64,000 nt of DNA, taken from the NCBI GenBank assembly GCA_036493875.1, contig DASXPB010000028.1, positions 64,409 through 128,408 on the forward strand. Reading direction: 5' to 3'. Under the pieces are notes generated by a model. It was given only the letters and a program-made list of their open reading frames with translations. It searched no databases and had not been told where the DNA came from. The DNA is from Thermoanaerobaculia bacterium. Its GTDB lineage: Bacteria; Acidobacteriota; Thermoanaerobaculia; UBA5066; Gp7-AA6. Below, piece by piece: positions 43,709 to 52,303 of this stretch. Every line of letters starts with the position of its first letter. Position 1 is the stretch's first letter. Position numbers and translations under genes: made by a program.

Positions 43709-44911
43709 ATGAGCACCGCGGTCGCGCCGCGCGAAAGAGCCGCCGGCTGGCCGCTGCGCCGGGTGGTGGCGGAGACGTTTCGAGGCTTTCGCGCGGACCG
43801 AGGTCTCGACCTGGCGGCGTCGCTCGCCTTCGCGTCCCTCCTGACCGCCATTCCGCTGCTCGTGACGTTCTCGCTGTTTCTCGGGACCTTCTTCCAGGAG
43901 AACGACGACCAGATCCTGACCGTGGTCAACGCGATCCTGCCGTATCAGACGACGCGGCTGATGGAGAGCCTGGGCGACTTCGTCCGCGAGTCGACCGCGA
44001 TCTCCACCGTGGGCCTCCTCCTCCTGATCGTGGCGTCCGTGCGGCTCATCTTCGTGGTCGAGGGCGTCTTCAACGCGGTGTGGGGCGCGCCGCGCCGCCG
44101 CGCGCGGCTGACGCGACTGATCCTCTACACCTTCGCGCTCGTCGCGCTGGGGCTGGTGCTCGGAGGCATCTTCTGGGGCCTCAAGGCCATGCGGCGCTAC
44201 GTCGGCTGGGACTCGGTCCTCGCCTCGCCCGCGTTCGGCGCGGTCGCGCCGTTCGTCCTGAAGGCGTTCTTCCTGACCCTGCTCTACAAGTACCTGCCCA
44301 ACGCGCGAGTCCGGTGGACGGTCGCGGCCGTCGCCGGCTCGAGCGTCGCCCTCGCGCTCGAGCTCCTGCGCGTGTGCTTCGGCATCTACGTGGACGCGCT
44401 GCTCCGGATGAACCTGATCACCGGATCGCTCGCCTTCCTCTTCTTCGCGGTCCTCTCGCTCTACTTCGGTTGGGTTCTCATCCTCCTCGGCGTCGAGCTG
44501 ACGCACGTCCTCCAGGCGGAGGCGGCGGAGAACGCTTCGGGCCGTTACCGGTCGGGCCGGGCCGAGCGCGCGATCCGGATGCTCCTGCGGATGTCGAGCT
44601 TCGAGCCCGCGCCGCTCGCCGACCTCGAGAGCAATCCCGAGGCGCCCTCTACGGAGACGATCCCGATCCTCGAGGATCTGAAGCGCGCCGGCCTGGTGTC
44701 GGGCGACGCGGCGGAGGGCTTTCGGCTGGCCGCTCCCGGCCGCGAGATCACCGTCGCGCGCATCGTCGATGCGCTCTCGCCGGGCCTGTACCACATCGAC
44801 CCGCAGAGCCAGGATCGTGTCGCGCTCGTCCTCGAGCCGCTCTTCTACCGTCTTGACGCCGAACGACGTGCCCTGCTCAACGCGACGATCGCGGATCTGC
44901 GCCGGACCTGA
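43709..44911 (+). CDS. YihY/BrkB family membrane protein with C-terminal soluble extension
   Basis: FRADRGLDLAASLAFASLLTAIPLL...YKYLPN...GSLAFLFFAVLSLYFGWVLILLGVELT. ATG at 43709. Confidence 0.8.
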   Translation: MSTAVAPRERAAGWPLRRVVAETFRGFRADRGLDLAASLAFASLLTAIPLLVTFSLFLGTFFQENDDQILTVVNAILPYQTTRLMESLGDFVRESTAISTVGLLLLIVASVRLIFVVEGVFNAVWGAPRRRARLTRLILYTFALVALGLVLGGIFWGLKAMRRYVGWDSVLASPAFGAVAPFVLKAFFLTLLYKYLPNARVRWTVAAVAGSSVALALELLRVCFGIYVDALLRMNLITGSLAFLFFAVLSLYFGWVLILLGVELTHVLQAEAAENASGRYRSGRAERAIRMLLRMSSFEPAPLADLESNPEAPSTETIPILEDLKRAGLVSGDAAEGFRLAAPGREITVARIVDALSPGLYHIDPQSQDRVALVLEPLFYRLDAERRALLNATIADLRRT

Positions 44912-44926
44912 CGGCGCGGCGAGCGG

Positions 44927-46093
44927 CTAGGCCGCCTGCTTCGGCCGGAGCGCCTTCAGCAGCGGCGGCGTGACGAACGTCGTCGCGAACACCGCCAGGA
45001 TCAGCGCCACGAACACTCGCTCCGGCAGGGCCTTCGTCGCGAGCCCGAGGGACGCGAAGATCAGCCCGACCTCGCCGCGCGGCACCATGCCGGCGCCGAT
45101 GAAGACCCGGCGTACGGGACCCCAAGCGCAGAAGCCGGCCGCGAACTTTCCGAGGATCCCAACCGCCGTGAGCGCCAGGCCCAGCCAGAGGGCCGGACGG
45201 TTCTCGGCCGTCGCGGGATTGAGGAGCCCGACGTCGGCCTGGGCGCCCACGAAGACGAAGAAGACGGGGGCAAAAATGTCCACAATCGGCCGGAGGGCCT
45301 CCTCGACGTCGTTGCGCCGGTTCGTGCGCGCGAGCGCGAGACCGGCCGCGAACGCGCCGATGATCGGCGCCGAGCCGGCGTCCTTCGCCGCCCAGGCCAC
45401 CAACAGCGCGAACGCGACCGCGGAGGCAACCAGCATCCCGCGCGCGCGGGTGTTCCCGACGACGCCCACGAGCAGACGGGCGAGGGGAATTCCGATCGCG
45501 ACCGCCGCGATCAGGAACGCGATCGAGAGCGCGGCCGATTTCACGGCGGCGCCGACCTCCAGCGTTCCCGACTCGGCCACCTTGCTCACGATGGCGAGCA
45601 CCACCAGCCCCAGCACGTCGTCGGCAACCGCCGCGCCCAGGATGATCTGGCCCTCGCGCGTCCTGAGCATGCCGAGCTCGGAGAGCACGCGGGCCGTGAT
45701 CCCGATGGAGGTCGCGGTCAGCGTCGCGCCGACGAAGATCGCCGTCAGGTTCTCGAAACCCAGCGCGCGGGTGACCGCCCAGCCGCCCGCGAAGGGCAAC
45801 GCCATTCCCACGAGCGCCACGGACAGCGCCGGAGCGCCGACGCGGACCAGCTCGGAGAGATCCGTCTCGAGGCCCACCTCGAAGAGCAGCAGGATGATGC
45901 CGATCTCGGCGAGCAGGAAAACGCCCTCGGAGAGCGGGACGAGACCCAGCACCGACGGCCCGAGAACGATGCCGGCGACGAGCTCGCCGAGGACGGACGG
46001 CTGGCCCAGGCGCTCGGCGAGCCCTCCCAGGAGCTTCGCGCCGATCAGCGCGGACGCGAAGGCGAGCAGGAAGGCGCCGAGGTCGACGTGCAC
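44927..46093 (-). CDS. cation:proton antiporter (CPA2/Kef-NapA type), membrane domain only
   Basis: LGQPSVLGELVAGIVLGPSVLG...LLLFEVGLE... and about 11 TM helices. Confidence 0.85.
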   Translation of the reverse strand: MHVDLGAFLLAFASALIGAKLLGGLAERLGQPSVLGELVAGIVLGPSVLGLVPLSEGVFLLAEIGIILLLFEVGLETDLSELVRVGAPALSVALVGMALPFAGGWAVTRALGFENLTAIFVGATLTATSIGITARVLSELGMLRTREGQIILGAAVADDVLGLVVLAIVSKVAESGTLEVGAAVKSAALSIAFLIAAVAIGIPLARLLVGVVGNTRARGMLVASAVAFALLVAWAAKDAGSAPIIGAFAAGLALARTNRRNDVEEALRPIVDIFAPVFFVFVGAQADVGLLNPATAENRPALWLGLALTAVGILGKFAAGFCAWGPVRRVFIGAGMVPRGEVGLIFASLGLATKALPERVFVALILAVFATTFVTPPLLKALRPKQAA

Positions 46094-46123
46094 GAGCCCT
46101 TACTCGATCCTGGCGGGATGGAC

Positions 46124-46153
46124 TTTGGTGGAGCTGACCGGGATCGAACCGGC
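46124..46153 (-). pseudogene. duplicated 3' end of tRNA-Ala (T-arm, acceptor strand, CCA); not a complete tRNA
   Basis: 30/30 identity with 46284..46313 (tttggtggagctgaccgggatcgaaccggc). Upstream sequence cannot form D or anticodon arms. Confidence 0.7.
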
Positions 46154-46231
46154 CGCGCCTCGCTGACGCTCGGCAGCGTCCGCCGGCAACGTCTCCGTCG
46201 GGAGGCGCACGGCGCCCCCCGGACCCCTCAC

Positions 46232-46247
46232 GGTCGCCGGTTCGATC
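46232..46247 (+). repeat. inverted 16-nt copy of the tRNA-Ala variable-loop/T-arm segment
   Basis: ggtcgccggttcgatc is the reverse complement of 46302..46317. Confidence 0.65.
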
Positions 46248-46285
46248 ATGCCGAACGGCTCATGTCCATCGACTCTGGAAATTTT

Positions 46286-46362
46286 TGGTGGAGCTGACCG
46301 GGATCGAACCGGCGACCTCGTGAGTGCGATTCACGCGCTCTCCCAAACTGAGCTACAGCCCC
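46286..46362 (-). tRNA. tRNA-Ala (anticodon CGC), CCA encoded
   Basis: Minus strand: GGGGCTG TA GCTC AGTTTGGGA GAGC G CGTGA ATCGCAC TCACG AGGTC GCCGG TTCGATC CCGGT CAGCTCC A CCA. Clean cloverleaf with the G3:U70 Ala identity pair. Confidence 0.9.
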
Positions 46363-46432
46363 ACGCGGAGAGGGCGCGGAGGATAGCACGGCGGCCCGAG
46401 GCGGGCAAACAAAGGCGGGGCGATTCCGCGCT

Positions 46433-47641
46433 TCACCCCTTCACGCAGACGACCTGCTTGAGGCGCGCGACGACCTCGACGAGGTCCGAGGAGTTCTCGA
46501 TCACCTCGCCGATCGGCTTGTAGGCACCCGGGATCTCGTCGAGGACTCCGGCGTCCTTGCGGCACTCGACGCCGGAGGTCTGGGCGGCCAGGTCCTCCTT
46601 CGTGAACGCGCGGCGGGCAGCGCCGCGGCTCATCCTGCGTCCCGCGCCGTGCGGCGCCGATTCGAATGACTCGGGATTCCCGAGACCGCGCACGACGAAG
46701 GACCCCGTGCCCATCGATCCCGGAATGATGCCGAGGTCGCCGCGCCGCGCGCGGATCGCGCCCTTGCGCGTCACGAGGACATCGCGCCCGAAGTGGCGCT
46801 CCCACGCCACGTAGTTGTGGTGGCAATGGATCTCGGGCTCGAGCCCGAGGTCGTCGACGCCCGCGACGTGCGGGAGGTCCTTCAGGACGACTTTTCGGAG
46901 GTCCTCGAGGACCTCGGAGAGCATGATCCGCCGATTCCGCAGCGCGAACTCCTGGCACCACCGCAGGTCCGCGACGTACGCGTCGAAGGCCGCGCTGCCC
47001 TCCTCGAGGTGCGCGAGCTCCGGATTGGGCGGACGGGCGCCGGAGCGCCGCGTCCACTCCTTCGCCTTGTCGATGTGGCGCTCCGCCGTCACCTTCCCGA
47101 TATTGCGCGAGCCGGAGTGCAACAGAACCCACACGCGCGCATCGTCCGCGTCCACGCAGACCTCGATGAAGTGATTGCCTCCGCCGAGCGTCCCGCACTG
47201 GAGCGCGGCCTTCCTCCGCTCGCTCGCCGTGGCCACCGACGGCGCGCCGCCACCGCCCGGCGTAGAGCCTTCGAAGAGCCCGGCCGCCGCGGGATGCGGC
47301 TCGCTCCGCTGGTGGAATCCCACGGGGATGCCGCGCTCGATCGCGTGGCGTAGCGCGGGGAGCTTTCCCTCGAGCGCCGACGCGTCGAGGCGTGTCTTGA
47401 CCGCGGCCATCCCGCAGCCGATGTCCACGCCGACGGCCGCGGGGCAGATCGCGCCCTCCGTCGCGATCACGCTTCCGACGGTCGCGCCCATGCCCCAGTG
47501 CGTGTCGGCCATGGCGGCGACGTGGTGGTAGACGAACGGAAGCTCGCCCGTCTGCATCAGCTGCCGGCGGGCCGACTCCTCGAGGTCCCCCGTCCAGACC
47601 TTGACCGGCACCCGCGCGTTCAGGACCTGGCGGACCGGCAT
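46433..47641 (-). CDS. rtcB: RNA 3'-phosphate/2',3'-cyclic phosphate ligase RtcB
   Basis: AAMADTHWGMGATVGSV...GVDIGCGM...GTLGGGNHFIE...HSGSRNIG...HHNY...PGSMG. Confidence 0.95.
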   Translation of the reverse strand: MPVRQVLNARVPVKVWTGDLEESARRQLMQTGELPFVYHHVAAMADTHWGMGATVGSVIATEGAICPAAVGVDIGCGMAAVKTRLDASALEGKLPALRHAIERGIPVGFHQRSEPHPAAAGLFEGSTPGGGGAPSVATASERRKAALQCGTLGGGNHFIEVCVDADDARVWVLLHSGSRNIGKVTAERHIDKAKEWTRRSGARPPNPELAHLEEGSAAFDAYVADLRWCQEFALRNRRIMLSEVLEDLRKVVLKDLPHVAGVDDLGLEPEIHCHHNYVAWERHFGRDVLVTRKGAIRARRGDLGIIPGSMGTGSFVVRGLGNPESFESAPHGAGRRMSRGAARRAFTKEDLAAQTSGVECRKDAGVLDEIPGAYKPIGEVIENSSDLVEVVARLKQVVCVKG

Positions 47642-47651
47642 GTCCGAGACC

Positions 47652-48515
47652 CTATCCCAGCCGGCCGCTCTGGTAGTCCTCGAACGCCTGCACGACCTCG
47701 GCGCGGGTGTTCATGACGAACGGTCCCGCGCGCGCCACCGGCTCGTTGAGCGGCTCGCCCGCGACGAGCAGCGCGCGCAGCGGCTCGGCAGCGCCCGCCG
47801 CGAGGCGCACGTGGTCTCCGTCGTTGCGGAACAGAACGAGCTGGTGCGGGCCGGCGGGAGTCTTCGCGTCGCCGAACTCCCCCGAGCCCTCCACCACGTA
47901 CACGAAGGCACGGAGCGGCGCCCCGATCGGCTGCTCGAAGACGGCGCCCGGCCGCAGCCGCACGTCGAGGTACGTGATCGGAGTCCGCGTGTCGATGACG
48001 GCGCGCTTGCCGAGCGCCTCGCCGGCAAGCACACGGACGCGCACAGCGCCATCCGCCGAGGCGGCCTCGGGGATCCGCGCGGCCGGGATCTCCTGGTAAC
48101 GCGGCGTCATCATCTTGTCGCGCCGCGGGAGGTTGACCCAGAGCTGGAACCCGTGCATCCGGCCGCCGCTCCGCTGAAAGTTCGCCGCGGGCATCTCGGA
48201 GTGAACGACGCCGGAGCCCGCGGTCATCCACTGGACGTCGCCGGGCGTGAGCCGTCCCTGGTTTCCGCGCGAGTCGTGGTGCTCCATCTCCCCGGACAAC
48301 AAGTACGTCACGGTCTCGAAGCCGCGATGCGGATGATCGGGCGCGCCCTTGGCCTCGCCGGGACCCAGGTCCATGGGACCCATCTCGTCGAGCAGGAGGA
48401 ACGGATCGAACTGATCGAGCGCCGAGGTCGGGAACGGACGATGGACCAGGAACCCCGCCCCCTCCAGGGTCTCGACGCTGGGAAGAACCTTCTGGACGGA
48501 TCTCGAAGTGCTCAT
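47652..48515 (-). CDS. pirin family protein
   Basis: [12 protein letters not shown]...FLLLDEMGP...[39 protein letters not shown]. Confidence 0.9.
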   Translation of the reverse strand: MSTSRSVQKVLPSVETLEGAGFLVHRPFPTSALDQFDPFLLLDEMGPMDLGPGEAKGAPDHPHRGFETVTYLLSGEMEHHDSRGNQGRLTPGDVQWMTAGSGVVHSEMPAANFQRSGGRMHGFQLWVNLPRRDKMMTPRYQEIPAARIPEAASADGAVRVRVLAGEALGKRAVIDTRTPITYLDVRLRPGAVFEQPIGAPLRAFVYVVEGSGEFGDAKTPAGPHQLVLFRNDGDHVRLAAGAAEPLRALLVAGEPLNEPVARAGPFVMNTRAEVVQAFEDYQSGRLG

Positions 48516-48639
48516 TCAGCCGAAAGTACGCCGGAGCGAGGGGTCGCGGTTCGGCGTGCCCCGGGACGCGTGGCACCACCGCCGTGCGGGAATTCGGACG
48601 TGTTGTAATACGCGAACCGAAGGAAACGGAGAAGAAACC

Positions 48640-49110
48640 ATGGCCAAGGCGACGTTCGGAGCGGGTTGTTTCTGGGGAGTCGAGGAGGATTTTCGCAAGA
48701 TCCCGGGGGTCGTCGGCACCGCCGTCGGCTACAGCGGCGGAGCGCTGGCGAACCCGACGTACGAGGACGTCTGCTCCGACCGCACGGGCCACGCCGAGGT
48801 CGTCCAGGTGGAGTACGACCCCGCGAAGACCTCCTACGACACTCTCCTCGACGTCTTCTGGAACGGCCACAACCCGACCCAGTTGAACCGCCAGGGTCCC
48901 GACGTCGGCACGCAGTACCGCTCCGTCATCTTCTTCCACGATCCGGAGCAGGAGGCCGTGGCGCGCGCCTCGAAGGACCGCGTCGCAAAGAGCGGCAACT
49001 TCGGGAGGCCCATCGTGACCGAGATCTCCCCCGCGCAGCCGTTCTGGCGGGCGGAGGAGTACCACCAGCGTTACTTCGAGAAGCGCGGCGGCGGCTCCTG
49101 CCACGTCTGA
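48640..49110 (+). CDS. msrA: peptide-methionine (S)-S-oxide reductase
   Basis: [15 protein letters not shown]...GYSGG...NPTYEDVC...[13 protein letters not shown]...[14 protein letters not shown] at 48640. Cys-type active site. Confidence 0.95.
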   Translation: MAKATFGAGCFWGVEEDFRKIPGVVGTAVGYSGGALANPTYEDVCSDRTGHAEVVQVEYDPAKTSYDTLLDVFWNGHNPTQLNRQGPDVGTQYRSVIFFHDPEQEAVARASKDRVAKSGNFGRPIVTEISPAQPFWRAEEYHQRYFEKRGGGSCHV

Positions 49111-49217
49111 GAGCCCTGCACCCGCCGCGCTTCCGCAGCGGCCGTGATAGATTCCGCCGCCTCGTGAAGGCCGGCTCGGCCGGCTCCGTCTAACCGAGTT
49201 CCACAAGGAGCGCATCC

Positions 49218-49772
49218 ATGAAGAAGGTCCTCGCCATCTCTCTTCTCCTCGGAATCGCCGCTGCCGCGCCTGCGCCGCAGGCAATTGCTCAGCAGGCCGC
49301 CCAGCAGAAGCCGGCCTCCGGAGGCGAAGCCCAGCAGCCGTCCTCGATGCCGGAGCTCCAGCCCAAGGACGTCGACATGGCGAAGCTGCAGCACGCGCTC
49401 TCGACCAAGCGGCGCGAGCTCGTCGCCGCGGCGATGGGCGGCCTGAGCGCCGACCAGATGCAGACGTTCTGGGCCGTCTACGGCGACTTCGAGAAGGAGC
49501 GGGACGCCAACATGGCCGACCGACTCGCCCTTCTCAAGAAGTACAGCGACAGCTACGCGACGCTGTCCGACGCCGACATCGTCAAGATGGCCAACGAGTC
49601 GGCCGCGATCCAGAAGCAGACGCTGGACCTGCGGATGAAGTACTTCGGGATCCTCGAGAAGAAGCTCGGAGCGAAGGCCGCCGGCCGCTTCGCCCACATC
49701 GACGACTACCTGTCGACCCTGTTCCGGCTGTCCATGCTGGACGGAATGCCGGCGCTCCAGGTCGGCAAGTAG
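49218..49772 (+). CDS. secreted hypothetical protein
   Basis: Signal peptide MKKVLAISLLLGIAAAAPAPQA, then a helical, Gln/Ala-rich sequence. No motif recognised. Confidence 0.6.
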   Translation: MKKVLAISLLLGIAAAAPAPQAIAQQAAQQKPASGGEAQQPSSMPELQPKDVDMAKLQHALSTKRRELVAAAMGGLSADQMQTFWAVYGDFEKERDANMADRLALLKKYSDSYATLSDADIVKMANESAAIQKQTLDLRMKYFGILEKKLGAKAAGRFAHIDDYLSTLFRLSMLDGMPALQVGK

Positions 49773-49775
49773 GTC

Positions 49776-50672
49776 TCAGGAAATCTTCGGCTTCGCGGCG
49801 AGGCGCTCCCGGATCAACGCGAGCGCCTCGTCGCGCTCCTCTCCCTCGAGGGGCAGACGCGGCGGGCGGACGCGCTCCGATCCCAGCCCGACCTCCTGCT
49901 GCACCAGCTTGATGAGCTGAACGAACTTGGGCACGACGTCCAGCCGCAGGAGCGGCAGGAACCACTCGTAGAGAGCGCGCGCCTCCGCGGTCTGGCCGTC
50001 CCCGGCGAGCCCGAACAGCCGGACGGATTCCTCCGGCAGCGCGTTCACGAGCCCGGCGATCCAGCCGACGGCGCCGGCCGCGACGCCCTCGACGATCAGA
50101 TCGTCGACTCCCACGAAGATCGCCAGCCGCGACCCGGACAGCGCCCGGATCGCGCTGACGCGGCGGACGTCCGTGCTGGACTCCTTGACCGCCTCGAGAT
50201 TCGGGTGCCGCGCCGCCAGCGCCGCGAGCGCCTCGGGCGAGACGTCCGTGCCATAGGCGACGGGATTGTTGTAGAGCATGCACGGGAGCGGTGTCGCCTC
50301 CAGGACGGCCGAGAAGTGGGCCGCGGTCTCGCGCGCGTCGGTGCGGTAGACGTACGGCGGCAGCACCATGAGTCCGTCGCAGCCGCGCTCGTGCGCGAGC
50401 CGCGCGGTCGCGACCGCCTGCGCGGTGGACAGCGCCGCGATCCCGGCCACGAGCGGCGCACGCCCCGCGAGCGCGGCGCGGCAGGTCGCGAGGATCGCGC
50501 GCTTCTCCTCGGGCTCGAGCGTCGCCGACTCGCCGAGCGAGCCGAGCGGCACGAGTCCCGTGCAGCCCGCGCGGATCATGCGGTCCACGTGCCTTGCCAG
50601 GAACTCGTGATCGACCGTCAGGTCCTCGCGAAACGGGGTCGTGATCGCCGGAAAGACTCCGCGCCAGTTCAT
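49776..50672 (-). CDS. DapA/DHDPS-family lyase; by context delta1-pyrroline-4-hydroxy-2-carboxylate deaminase (LhpC-like)
   Basis: GVFPAITTPF...GCTGLVPLGSLGESATL...PLVAGI...PPYVY...YNNP. The ATG 50672 overlaps the upstream stop (ATGA). Confidence 0.8.
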   Translation of the reverse strand: MNWRGVFPAITTPFREDLTVDHEFLARHVDRMIRAGCTGLVPLGSLGESATLEPEEKRAILATCRAALAGRAPLVAGIAALSTAQAVATARLAHERGCDGLMVLPPYVYRTDARETAAHFSAVLEATPLPCMLYNNPVAYGTDVSPEALAALAARHPNLEAVKESSTDVRRVSAIRALSGSRLAIFVGVDDLIVEGVAAGAVGWIAGLVNALPEESVRLFGLAGDGQTAEARALYEWFLPLLRLDVVPKFVQLIKLVQQEVGLGSERVRPPRLPLEGEERDEALALIRERLAAKPKIS

Positions 50673-52303
50673 CCGAGACCCTCCTCCTCCGAAGCCCGCC
50701 CGGCCGGGGCGACCCCAAGGGCCCCGAGCGCGGCCGGCTGGATCGGCGTGCGAACGGTATCCGAGTCCCAGCCGAAGAGAAACGCGAGCGCGGGCCCGCA
50801 GACGCGGCCCTGGCAGGGCCCCATGCCCGCGCGCGCGGCCAGCTTGGCCTCGCGCATCCCGTTGCAGGCGCGCAGGGGTCGCAGGGCCACGTCCTCGCAG
50901 CGGCAGACGAGCGTGTCCTCCCGAGCGAGGCGCGCGAGCTCCGGACGCAGGCGGAAGGCCCGTTGCATTGCGCCCGCGAAGGAGCGGGCCGCTGCCCGCG
51001 CCCGCGTGAGGCGCCGCCAGTCCCAGGGTTCCTTTTCCCACCCGGCCTTCGGGTCGAGCCGGCGGGGCGCCGCCGAAGCTGCCCCGCCGGCGATCTGACC
51101 CTCGGCGATTGCGGCCTCGACGCCCGCGACGCCGCAGGCCTCGCCGGCGCAGAAGACGCCGGGGACTCCGGTCTCCTGTCTCTCGTCGACGGCGACGCGC
51201 CCTTCCGTGATCCGGCAGCCGAGCAGCCGCGCAAGCTCGGTGTTGGGCGTCAGACCCCAGCCGATCGCCGCGAGGTCGCACGCGATCTCCCGCCCCCGCC
51301 CCCTCGCGTCGGCGAGCACGACGCCCTCGAGCCTTCCGCTTCCCCGCGCCTCGGCGATCCACGTCCCCGTGCGGTACGGCGTTCCCGCGAACCCGCGCCG
51401 GTACCGGACGGCCTCGCGGATCCGGGAGGGCGATCGTCCGAGACGAATCGCGAACCCGGCGAGGGAGGAGACTCCGGCCTGCTCGACCACGCCCGCGACC
51501 CGCGCCCCGGCCTTCGCGAGAGACGCCGCGACCGGCAGGAGCAGGGGACCGGAGCCGCCGACGATCGCCGTGCGCCCCGCGAGAGACGCCCCGCTTTTCC
51601 AGAGCGCCTGCGCTCCCCCCGCGCCGTAGACGCCGGGCAAAGTCCAGCCCGGGAACGGGAGGAAGAGCTCCCGCGATCCCGTGGCGAGCACGATCGCGCG
51701 CGCCGTGACGGCGAGGACGGCCTCGGCGCCCTCGGCGAGGAGCCGCCAGGCCTCCCCCGCATCCACCCGCACCGCGTCGAAGACGGAGACTCGCGCGCGG
51801 ACCTCGGCCCCCGACTGCGCGAGCCGCGCGAGCCACGCCCGCGCCGCCGGGGGCGCCTCGCGGCCTGGAAGGTGGCGATGGATCTGTCCGCCGGGCGCGG
51901 CGCCCTCGTCCAGCAGGACCGTCCGGGCGCCGGCCTCCGCGGCGCGGCACGCGGCCGCGACTCCGGCCGGCCCGCCGCCGACCACGGCCACGTCGCACTC
52001 GAGCGCTTCGCGCTCGGAGCTGACAGCTGAAAGCTGACAGCTGACAGATTCTTCCCCCGTCCGCACGTCCATGCCCTCGCGCACGATCTCCAGGCACGCG
52101 CGGCGGTGCGGCCGTCCATCGACCGTGACACGGCACTCGTAGCAGACGCCCATCGCGCAGAGGACCCCGCGGGGCTCGCCGATGACGGAGCGTCGGAGCG
52201 GAGCCCGGCCGCCGCCGACGCCTTCGAGCGCCGCGGCGAGCGTGATGCCGGCGGGCGCGGAGACCGCGCGGCCGTCGCAGGTGAACGCGATCGTCTCAGG
52301 CAT
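50669..52303 (-). CDS. fused 2Fe-2S subunit plus FAD/NAD(P) oxidoreductase subunit with C-terminal BFD-like 2Fe-2S domain (HcnA+HcnB / LhpF+LhpE-like) of D-hydroxyproline dehydrogenase
   Basis: N-terminus: TCDGRAVSAPAGITLAAAL...CAMGVCYECRV. Linker: SVSCQLSAVSS. Then DVAVVGGGPAGVAAA...GVFCAGEACGVAG...VCRCEDV...GMGPCQGRVC. ATG at 52303. Confidence 0.8.
   Translation of the reverse strand: MPETIAFTCDGRAVSAPAGITLAAALEGVGGGRAPLRRSVIGEPRGVLCAMGVCYECRVTVDGRPHRRACLEIVREGMDVRTGEESVSCQLSAVSSEREALECDVAVVGGGPAGVAAACRAAEAGARTVLLDEGAAPGGQIHRHLPGREAPPAARAWLARLAQSGAEVRARVSVFDAVRVDAGEAWRLLAEGAEAVLAVTARAIVLATGSRELFLPFPGWTLPGVYGAGGAQALWKSGASLAGRTAIVGGSGPLLLPVAASLAKAGARVAGVVEQAGVSSLAGFAIRLGRSPSRIREAVRYRRGFAGTPYRTGTWIAEARGSGRLEGVVLADARGRGREIACDLAAIGWGLTPNTELARLLGCRITEGRVAVDERQETGVPGVFCAGEACGVAGVEAAIAEGQIAGGAASAAPRRLDPKAGWEKEPWDWRRLTRARAAARSFAGAMQRAFRLRPELARLAREDTLVCRCEDVALRPLRACNGMREAKLAARAGMGPCQGRVCGPALAFLFGWDSDTVRTPIQPAALGALGVAPAGRASEEEGLG
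52019..52046. repeat. heptamer tandem array x4 (GCTGACA GCTGAAA GCTGACA GCTGACA) inside a coding region
   Basis: Read directly. It encodes the SVSCQLSAVSS linker between the 2Fe-2S and flavoprotein modules. Confidence 0.8.

Noticed and set aside
46124-46260. A second functional tRNA, in particular tRNA-Sec (selC), given selD and the TGA candidate
   Set aside because: Only the T-arm, acceptor 3' strand and CCA are present. The best 5' acceptor strand (GGAGACG) pairs at 5 of 7 positions. No D-arm forms. The only central hairpin has a 4-nt loop (GCCG). There is no UCA anticodon loop and no 8/5 Sec geometry.
46094-46432. Integrated mobile element or genomic island at the tRNA-Ala gene
   Set aside because: The direct repeats are only 160 nt apart. 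No integrase, excisionase or foreign-composition genes flank them. At most this is a scar or a miniature repeat insertion.
52019-52046. Heptamer tract as evidence that 50669..52303 is a frameshifted pseudogene of two genes
   Set aside because: The reading frame is continuous through the tract, and both flanking modules are intact with all Cys and GxGxxG motifs. A fusion is the simpler reading.
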